This document shows, in pieces, positions 10,881 to 19,400 of a stretch of 42,375 bases of DNA (position 1 is its first letter; each line of letters starts with the position of its first letter). The position numbers and the translations under genes are program-made. The notes under the pieces are model-generated. The model made no database searches and was not told where the DNA came from. It saw only the letters and a program-made list of their open reading frames with translations. This stretch comes from Cyanophora paradoxa CCMP329. Its lineage: Eukaryota > Plantae > Glaucophyta. The stretch spans positions 1 through 42,375 of the forward strand of contig QPMI01000319.1 in NCBI GenBank assembly GCA_004431415.1, given 5' to 3'.

Positions 10881-11507
10881 CTTCGGCAACGGACCGCCCG
10901 ACGCCGCCTTCCTCTTCCTCCCGCCGCGGCTCCTGTGGCACGCCAAGCCGCCCGCATCGTCGTCGAAGTACATGGTCTCCACCGCGAACGGGCCGTCCGC
11001 GAAGAAGCCGCAGCTCAGCGGGGGCCAGATCGCCCTCCGCACCTCGTCCTCGCCCATCCACCGGAGCGCTGTGACCCGCGATGCAAGGCAGTCCATGCGC
11101 TCCTCGAAGGGGGCGTCGTGGTGGTCGCGCTCGTAGCCCCCGACTGGCACCCCCGGCCCGGACGCGTGCATCCGCCAGGGGTCCGGGTTGTAGCGAACGA
11201 AGAACGCTTCTGCTGCATCGTGATCCTCGTCGACCGCACACGAACCCTGAAGGGAGTGATGGAGGAGCTGCAGGTGCCCCCCGCGGGCCAGCCGGTCAGA
11301 GATGAAACATCGACGGGGCGCGCGAAGATGGCGGCGATCGCAGGCCGCCTGCAGAGGCCGACGGCCCTCCGCGAAGAAGGGCACACGGTAAGACCCGATC
11401 ATGCGGTGGCGGCGTATCTCCACCCCGCGCGCCTGAAGCCCACGCTCCATCTCAAGCACCACCTCCTCGGTCTTGCACGCGCTGCCAAAGGCCCCGGCGT
11501 CCGACAT
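10880..11507 (-). pseudogene. Degenerate Vsr/DUF559-like PD-(D/E)xK endonuclease
   Basis: Within ORF 10722-11879: IGSYRVPF, AVDEDH, FFVRYNPDPW, EERMDCL, VETMYFD resemble the YRxD / EVDExxH / IR(F/Y)NPD / (Y/F)(F/Y)D pattern of this family; expected acidic residues look altered. Confidence 0.5.
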
Positions 11508-11594
11508 GCTCGCGGCGGTCCGGCGGGGTGCTGCGGGGCCGTCGTCCGATATCGAAGGCCGAGAAGAGAACAGGGGCAAAAACAACGCACGGAC

Positions 11595-12735
11595 GAAACA
11601 GAGTTTCCCCCGGCCTGTGAAACTCAGGATCGGCGGAACTGTGTTTCTCGGGCCGGCCCCCCAAACGGCCTTGGATGCACCGGGACCGGCCTCCCACCTC
11701 GCTGCGTCCCATACGAACTTAGCTTTGGCCATACGGACCCCGTCCCGACCATTGCCAGTTTGGGACCGGCCCCCGTTGTCTATAAAGTCACACGGTTTGG
11801 GCCATCCTAGATTCGTATGGAACTGGCAATGGTCGGGACGGGGTCCGGCAAGGGTCGAACCTCGGTAAATCCGTAACACAGGCTCAAGGTCGACTACACA
11901 GTTTTGCCGAACCTGTGAAACTCAGGGTAGGCGGAACTGTCTTTCTCGGGCCGGCCCCCCGAACGGCCTCGGACGCGCCGGGACCGGCCTCGCATCTCGC
12001 CGCGTCCCATACGAACTTAGCTTCGGGACCGGCCCCCGTTGTCTTTAAACTCACACGGTTTGGGCCATCCTAGATTCGTATGGAACTGGCAATGGTCGGG
12101 ACGGGGTCCGGCAAGGGTCGAACCTCGGTTAATCCGTAACACAGGCTCAAGGTCGACTACACAGTTTTGCCGAACCTGTGAAACTCAGGGTCGGCGGAAC
12201 TGTCTTTCTCGGGCCGGCCCCCCGAACGGCCTCGGACGCGCCGGGACCAGCCTCGCATCTCGCCGCGTCCCATACGAACTTAGCTTCGGGACCGGCCCCC
12301 GTTGTCTTTAAACTCACACGGTTTGGGCCATCCTGGATTCGTACGGAACTGGCGATGGTCGGGGCGGGGTCTGGCGAGCATCGAACCTCGGTAAATCCGT
12401 AACACAGGCTCAAGGTCGACTACACAGTTTCGCCGGGCCTGTGAAACTCAGGATCCGCGGAACTGTGTTTCTCGGGCCGGCCCCCCGAACGGCCTCGGAC
12501 GCGCCGGGACCGGCCTCGCATCTCGCCGCGTCCCATACGAACTTAGCTTTGGGACCGGCCCCCGTTGTCTTTAAACTCACACGGTTTGGGCCATCCTAGA
12601 TTCGTACGGAACTGGCGATGGTCGGGGCGGGGTCTGGCAAGCGTCGAACCTCTGTAAATCCGTAACACAGGCTCAAGGTCGACTACACAGTTTCGCCCGG
12701 CCTGTGAAACTCAGGATCAGTGGAACTGTGTTTTT
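11595..12735. repeat. 263-bp tandem repeat, about 4.3 copies (first unit 298 bp)
   Basis: TGTGAAACTCAGG at 11616, 11914, 12177, 12440, 12703 (spacings 298, 263, 263, 263). Confidence 0.95.
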
Positions 12736-12777
12736 GAGTCAGAGAGGGAAAAATCATTTCCCTGAGTCTGTCTAAAA

Positions 12778-13614
12778 ATGGAAGAAGCGCAGTTCAGCTT
12801 TCTCTTCATTCTTGTGGGCATTGCAATTGGAGCAGGAGCTGTGTATGTTCTTCGCTAGTGCCCTGAGAAGACTGACTGCCCAACCTGTCCATCATGCAGC
12901 GTGACCTGTCCTGCACCGACTGCCTGCCCAGCCTGCCCAGCACCTACAACTTGTCCTGCGCCTACAACGTGCCCTGCGCCTACAACGTGCCCTCCAGCGC
13001 CAACCTGCCCAACCTGCCCAACCTGCCCAACTTGCCCAACTTCTTCTAATTCAAATGGCCAGATCGATCCAAGTTTGATTAATTCAACCGGACTCTCTCT
13101 CATTGGTTTCGCGATGCATGTACAGCAATGGCTTCTCGGGTACATGGCGCCCTTGCTTGACCAACTTGGTAGGAAACCTTCAAACTACACGTGTGGACTC
13201 ACAGCAGGTAATAAATGCAGTATTCAAAAGCGATCATGGAATTATCCAGCTGAGAATATTGCTGCCGATGCTGCTTTTCTTGAATCCATGCGCGCTCGAG
13301 GGCTGGTGTTCGACCTGAAATCATGCACCAGCACCAACTGGGCGGAGTGCTCTGTAGTGAATCTGTCGACAACCTACCCCAGTGCACTAGCTACAAACAT
13401 GGACACAGTCCTAGCAGAGGGCAAAAGAGCAGTCTCCCGAGATTACTTCGATCCAGACTATCCAATGACATCTCTACAATCCTGGGATTCAATGAAGCCT
13501 GATCTACAGCGCCTAGCCGTCGAGACAGTGTCTGTAATAGCAGTGGAGAGGAATATAGCATCGTTTGTCGATCAAGCCGTGGCTCTGTCGACACCAGTTC
13601 AAATTACCAAGTGA
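12778..13614 (+). pseudogene. Membrane-anchored protein with Cys-Pro-Thr repeats, interrupted by an in-frame TAG at 12856-12858
   Basis: ATG 12778 MEEAQFSFLFILVGIAIGAGAVYVLR*CPEKTDCPTCPSC is in frame with ORF 12901-13614 (CPAPTT and CPT repeats followed by a globular region). Confidence 0.65.
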
Positions 13615-13835
13615 GAACTCTACTCCTGGTATACAACGCTACCTAAGCCCGCAGAGAACTCTCGCACCTCCGATTTGGAATCATTCAACACCACCGCTCG
13701 CCCCTGCTATCCGACCCTTCCTAAGCCTCTCCGAATAGCGCGCCTCCTGCGGGGCCGATTCCCCCCTCCCTGCCCCCCTCTGCCCCCGCTGCCCACCGAG
13801 GCCGCGCGCGGGGTACGGTGGCGCCGGCCCGGCCC

Positions 13836-13935
13836 CCCAGCGAGGCCGTACCCCGGCCCGCGTGCCCAGCGAGGCCGTACCCCGGCCCGCGTGCCCAGCG
13901 AGGCCCTACCCTGGCCCACGTGCTCAGTGAGGCCC
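13836..13935. repeat. 29-bp GC-rich minisatellite, about 3.4 copies
   Basis: CCCAGCGAGGCCGTACCCCGGCCCGCGTG at 13836, 13865, 13894, degenerate at 13923. Confidence 0.88.
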
Positions 13936-14049
13936 GCGCCTGACTCACGGGCGGCCCCTGTGCGCTGCGGCTTGCGTACCCCCCCGCTCCCTTCGAGTCT
14001 CCGCGGGCCCCATTCGGCGGGGGAGGCGCGTACCCATGGCGCGTAACTA

Positions 14050-14305
14050 ATGTCAGCGTTCTATACGGTACACGACATAGAGCTCAGCGCGCCAAAAACA
14101 GTAGCAACATATTGGCGACCCCGAATCAGCAAAGCTAAACCCCTGACAAAACTAGAAATCTATACGAGAGCAGGACTGGTTCCGGTTCCTAAAATCCACC
14201 AGCCTAACAAAACATTTAAATTCCTTGGGGTTTGGTTCACGATGACACTGAACTGGACGCACCAATTCCAGAACATGCTCGAGAAGGCCAAGATGGCAGC
14301 AGCTA
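14050..14305 (+). mobile_element. LINE RT fragment (domains 6-7), fused in frame to the capsid fragment
   Basis: FYTVHDIELSAPKT...TFKFLGVWF; shares 174 bp with 7977-8150. Confidence 0.8.
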
Positions 14306-14955
14306 CTGATTGTGCGCTAATCTGTCAATTCGTTAATATTCCTTCCGATGAGGCGGAGAGGCTGTTAAAGATGTCGTATGAACAGGGAGGCATTCGTATC
14401 CCGATTACGGAAATCATCCACAAGAAGACCCGATCACTTAAAACCGCTGATTCTGGTGAAGCGGTCGAGGTTTCGCTCGCTAACGTCTCTGGTCTTGTTC
14501 ATTCTATCCTTATGACAGTTCGTAACGTTAACAAGCTGAATAAATACACTCATTCTGATTTTGCCGGTTATGGATCTGCTCTTAAAATCGATGAGTTCCA
14601 AGTTTTCCACAATAACCGTGCGCTTGACATCACTAATAAACCCATTTCCGGTTTCTTCTCAGCTGCTAACCATATTCCATCGCATTACAATGGATGCACC
14701 GTAGGTAACGATGCTTTCGGTTTCGAAAATGCATGTGTTTATGGTGTGGTTCTCAGCAAGAACGGTAAGGAATCACTTCATAATAGTGTTCTCGGATATG
14801 TTGACATCTATTATAGTGCTTCAACTTACCTAAACCTTACGGTTTCTGGATGTTCCGATAGTAGTCCCGCGATTGTTGACGTCTTTTGTTTACGTCATAA
14901 TTGCGCGATTATCAATTCGTACAATATCAGTACGCTTAAGGTCAGTAATTTCTAA
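14306..14955 (+). pseudogene. Putative double jelly-roll major capsid protein, C-terminal half
   Basis: Beta-strand-like pattern CALICQFVNIPSDEAERL...VEVSLANVSGLVHSILMTVR...VYGVVLS...LGYVDI...YLNLTV...VDVFCLRHNCAIIN, directly upstream of an A32-type ATPase; recognised by pattern and context only. Confidence 0.65.
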
Positions 14956-15049
14956 GCATTTTTCTTTTCTTTCGTAAGAATAGGAAGCGTAATAGTAGGG
15001 AGTTGTGTGATTTTGTTTTTTATCTTATAACTGTAACGGACACACAGTA

Positions 15050-15802
15050 ATGGATATAGATTTAAATGATATTCCCGAATTCGACCCGGTTAACACAGCT
15101 AAATTACCTTCGCATTTCTTACTGGCGGGTAGGTCTAATTCTGGTAAGACAACGTATTGTAAATATCTACTTTATGAACTACGCGATAAGATTGATCAGA
15201 TCGTAGTGTTTAGTTCCACTGCGTTTACTGGTCAATTCAAAGATATAACGCATCCTGGAAATATCTATGAGGAATGGGACGATAATGTGGTGATAAAACT
15301 AATTAGTATGCAAAAGAAACGAATTGAGAACAATGAGAAGCGTAATAGTTTGGTAATAATTTTAGATGACATGATCGGTTCCACACTGAATATGGAAACA
15401 AATATGACCTTAAAAAAACTTGTTACAAGTGGAAGACATTATAATATTACCGTAATTTTCAATGTTCAGCGTTTATGTTCTATTTCTACTACCATTCGTC
15501 GTAATGTGGAATTCGTGGTTTTCTTCAATATTTTAGGGAATGAGAAAGAGTTTCAATGTGCTTATGATGAATATAACGCTGGAATGGATAGGAAGACATA
15601 CAAAGAACTACATAGACTTTGGGGTTACAAATATCAGACCGTCATAACTGGATTGCAAGGATACGATATAAAGACCTATACCGATCGCGCAATATTGACA
15701 GATGATGACATGAAAGCATTCCGTAAGTTTGTTAAGAAACGAGCGATAAAAAAGAGAGAATCGTTAAGAATTAGTAATGAACCCACGACTATTACGGTTT
15801 AA
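15050..15802 (+). CDS. A32-like (FtsK-HerA superfamily) viral DNA packaging ATPase
   Basis: Walker A LLAGRSNSGKTT, Walker B VIILDDM, family motifs TSGRHYNITVIFNVQ and IRRN; intact 250 aa. Confidence 0.93.
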   Translation: MDIDLNDIPEFDPVNTAKLPSHFLLAGRSNSGKTTYCKYLLYELRDKIDQIVVFSSTAFTGQFKDITHPGNIYEEWDDNVVIKLISMQKKRIENNEKRNSLVIILDDMIGSTLNMETNMTLKKLVTSGRHYNITVIFNVQRLCSISTTIRRNVEFVVFFNILGNEKEFQCAYDEYNAGMDRKTYKELHRLWGYKYQTVITGLQGYDIKTYTDRAILTDDDMKAFRKFVKKRAIKKRESLRISNEPTTITV

Positions 15803-16278
15803 CATACTTGATCTTTACGACAAACAGGACATTTATTATATATTTTAGGTGTTTTTGCTTGACAGTCTTCACAGATTTTACAAAAACATTGAGGACATGT
15901 TAAACCTACTGTGTCTTCTTCCTCTAAACAAATCACGCATTTGTTAGAAAACTCCTTATTGCTTTCATAAGTTCTAACCACTTTTATAATAGATTCCATG
16001 GTTTTTTCTTTTGGCATATGCGGTATCAAAAACTTGAGACCTTTATATATTATAACACATACGAATTTCATAAGAGGGTTGTAGAAATTCGTGGATTTAC
16101 TCATAAGGAAAAAAAATGTTTTGTGTTTTGGTGTGTGAGAGATCACATAAATCATATCATCTTTTTCACGTTGTTCTTCCCATTTTGGGAATGTTTTATC
16201 AGTGCATGTAAATGTAGCATTGCTTACTGGAATAGATGTAATAGAAGTTATGTAATTCATTATTTCTTTTGAATTCAT
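15799..16278 (-). CDS. C-terminal RING-finger protein (putative E3 ligase)
   Basis: CVICLEE...CPQCFCKICEDC...CPVCR; intact 159 aa; 4-bp overlap with the ATPase stop. Confidence 0.85.
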   Translation of the reverse strand: MNSKEIMNYITSITSIPVSNATFTCTDKTFPKWEEQREKDDMIYVISHTPKHKTFFFLMSKSTNFYNPLMKFVCVIIYKGLKFLIPHMPKEKTMESIIKVVRTYESNKEFSNKCVICLEEEDTVGLTCPQCFCKICEDCQAKTPKIYNKCPVCRKDQVC

Positions 16279-16323
16279 TTTTAATGCTCTTACTTTGATA
16301 ATAGATAAATCTTTATATGTGGT

Positions 16324-16392
16324 AGGTGTGAAATTTCAGATAATAATAAGGTGTGAAATTTCGGATAATAATTAGATGTGAAATATCGGATA
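16324..16392. repeat. Three 25-bp AT-rich direct repeats upstream of the RING gene
   Basis: AGGTGTGAAATTTC(A/G)GATAATAAT at 16324 and 16349, degenerate AGATGTGAAATATCGGATA at 16374. Confidence 0.8.
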
Positions 16393-16446
16393 GATTTATC
16401 GGAAATGAATGAATTAAAAATGGTTACTGACAGAAGATTTTTGATG

Positions 16447-19400
16447 ACCCACACGAAACAGCAGGCAGGGAGCGCTGGGATTCGCCAGAGCACTCTGGCA
16501 GGTTTGCATGATAGGGAGGGGTGTAAGTTTTCTAGTTTCGAGGTTGGGTGCGGGGCTGCCCCCATTGCCCCCCGAAATCTCACAGGGGTCCCCACCCAAC
16601 ATGGGCAGCCCCGACCCCAACCTCGAAACTAGAAAACTAACACCCCCCCCTACCATGCAATCCTGCCAGAGTGCTCTGGCAAATCCCAGCGCTCCCTGCC
16701 TGCTGTTTCGTGTGGGTGGGGACCCCTGTGAGATTTCGGGGGGCGATCGGGGCAGCCCCGAACCCAACCTTGAAACTAGGAAACCAACACCCCTCCCTAT
16801 CATGCAAACCTGCCAGAGTGCTCTGGCGAATCCCAGCGCTCCCTGCCTGATGTTTTGTGTGGTTGGGGACCTCTGTGAGATTTCTGGGGACAACATGGGC
16901 AGCGATCAGTGCAGCCCCAAACCCAACCTCGACACTAGAAAACTAACATCCTCCCAATCATGCAACCCTGCCAGAGTGCTCTGGCGAATCCCAGCGCTCC
17001 CTGCCTGCTGTTTTGTGTGGGTGGGGACCCCTGTGAGATTTGGGGGGGCAATGGGGGCAGCCCCAAACCCAACCACACAAAACAGCAGGAAGGGAGCCCT
17101 GGGATTCACCAGAGCACTCTGGCAGGTTTGCATGATAGGGAGGGGTGTTAGTTTTCTATTTTCGAGGTTGGGTTTGGGGCTGCCCTGATCGCCCCCCGAA
17201 ATCTCAGAGGGGTCCCCACCCCACCCACACCAAACAGCAGGCGGGTAGCGCTGGGATTCGCCAGAGCACTCTGGCAGGTTTGCATGATGGGGAAAGGTGT
17301 GAGTTTTCTAGTTTCGAGGTTGGGTTTGGGGCTGCCCCAATCGCCCCCCAAAATCTGACAGGGATCCCCACCGACACGAAACAGCAGGCAGGTAGTGCTG
17401 GGATTTGCCAGAGCACTCTGGCAGGTTTGCATGATAGGGAGGGGTGCAAGTTTTCTAGTTTCGGGGTTGGGTGCGGGGCTGCCACCATCGCCCCCCGAAA
17501 TCTGACAGGGGTCCCCACCCACACGAAACAGCAGGCAGGGAGCGCTGGGATTCGCCAGAGCACCCTGGCAAATTTGCATGATAGGGAGGGGTGTTAGTTT
17601 TCTAGTTTCGGGGTTGGGTTCGGGGCTGCCCCCATCACCCCCTGAAATCTCACAGGGGTCCCCACCCACAGGAAACAGCAGGCAGGGAGTGCTGGGATTT
17701 GCCAGAGCACTCTGGCAGGTTTGCATGATAGGGAGGGGTGTAAGTTTTCTAGTTTCGGGGTTGGGTTCGGGGCTGCCACCATCGCCCCCCGAAATCTCAC
17801 AGGGGTCCCCACCCACACAAAACAGCAGGCAGGGAGCGCTGGGATTCGCCAGAGCACTCTGGCAGGTTTGCCTGATAGGGAGGGGTGTTAGTTTTCTAGT
17901 TTCCAGGTTGGGTTCGGGGCTGCCCCCATTGCCCCCCAAAATCTGACAGGGATCCCCACCGACACGAAACAGCAGGCAGGTAGTGCTGGGATTTGCCAGA
18001 GCACTCTGGCAGGTTTGCATGATAGGGAGGGGTGTAAGTTTTCTAGTTTTGGGGTTGGGTGCGGGGCTGCCACCATCGCCCCCCGAAATCTGACAGGGGT
18101 CCCCACCCACACGAAACAGCAGGCAGGGAGCGCTGGGATTCGCCAGAGCACTCTGGCAGATTTGCATGATAGGGAGGGGTGTTAGTTTTCTACTTTCAGG
18201 GTTGGGTTCGGGGCTGCCCCCATCACCCCCCGAAATCTCACAGGGGTCCCCACCCACACGAAACAGCAGGCAGGGAGCGCTGGGATTCGCCAGAGCACTC
18301 TGGCAGATTTGCATGATAGGGAGGGGTGTTAGTTTTCTACTTTCAGGGTTGGGTTCGGGGCTGCCCCCATCACCCCCCAAAATCTCACTGGGGTCCCCAC
18401 CCACACGAAACAGCAGGCAGGGAGTGCTGGGATTCGCCAGAGCACTCTGGCTGGTTTGCATGATAGGGGGGGGTGTTGGTTTTCTAGTTTCAAGGTTGGG
18501 TTCGGGGCTGCCCCCATCACCCCCCAAAATCTCACAGGGGTCCCCACCCACACGAAACAGCAGGCAGGGAGCGCTGGGATTCGCCAGAGCACCCTGGCAA
18601 ATTTGCATGATAGGGAGGGGTGTTAGTTTTCTAGTTTGGGGGTTGGGTTCGGGGCTGCCCCCATCACCCCCCAAAATCTCACAGGGGTCCCCACCCACAG
18701 GAAACAGCCGGCAGGGAGTGCTGGGATTCGCCAGAGCACTCTGGCAGGTTTGCATGATAGGGAGGGGGTTCGGGGCTGCCCCCATTGCCCCCCAAAATCT
18801 GACAGGGATCCCCACCGACACGAAACAGCAGGCAGGTAGTGCTGGGATTTGCCAGAGCACTCTGGCAGGTTTGCATGATAGGGAGGGGTGTAAGTTTTCT
18901 AGTTTCGGGGTTGGGTGCGGGGCTGCCACCATCGCCCCCCGAAATCTGACAGGGGTCCCCACCCACACGAAACAGCAGGCAGGGAGCGCTGGGATTCGCC
19001 AGAGCACTCTGGCAGATTTGCATGATAGGGAGGGGTGTTAGTTTTCTACTTTCAGGGTTGGGTTCGGGGCTGCCCCCATCACCCCCGAAATCTCACAGGG
19101 GTCCCCACCCACACGAAACAGCAGGCAGGGAGCGCTGGGATTCGCCAGAGCACTCTGGCAGATTTGCATGATAGGGAGGGGTGTTAGTTTTCTACTTTCA
19201 GGGTTGGGTTCGGGGCTGCCCCCATCACCCCCCAAAATCTCACTGGGGTCCCCACCCACACGAAACAGCAGGCAGGGAGTGCTGGGATTCGCCAGAGCAC
19301 TCTGGCTGGTTTGCATGATAGGGGGGGGTGTTGGTTTTCTAGTTTCAAGGTTGGGTTCGGGGCTGCCCCCATCACCCCCCAAAATCTCACAGGGGTCCCC

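Larger units (their letters stand above)
14306..16446. mobile_element. Endogenous Polinton-like virus / virophage-type segment
   Basis: AT-rich, intronless, densely packed block: capsid-like ORF, packaging ATPase and a convergent RING gene with overlapping stops; both ends truncated. Confidence 0.8.

Noticed and set aside
10797-11810. 337-aa plus-strand protein
   Set aside because: Reads as the antisense shadow of the GC-rich minus-strand nuclease-like frame and runs into the 263-bp repeat.
14306-16446. Complete Polinton/Maverick
   Set aside because: No pPolB, cysteine protease, own integrase or TIRs in the window; the integrase at 1-456 looks gypsy-type and is unlinked.
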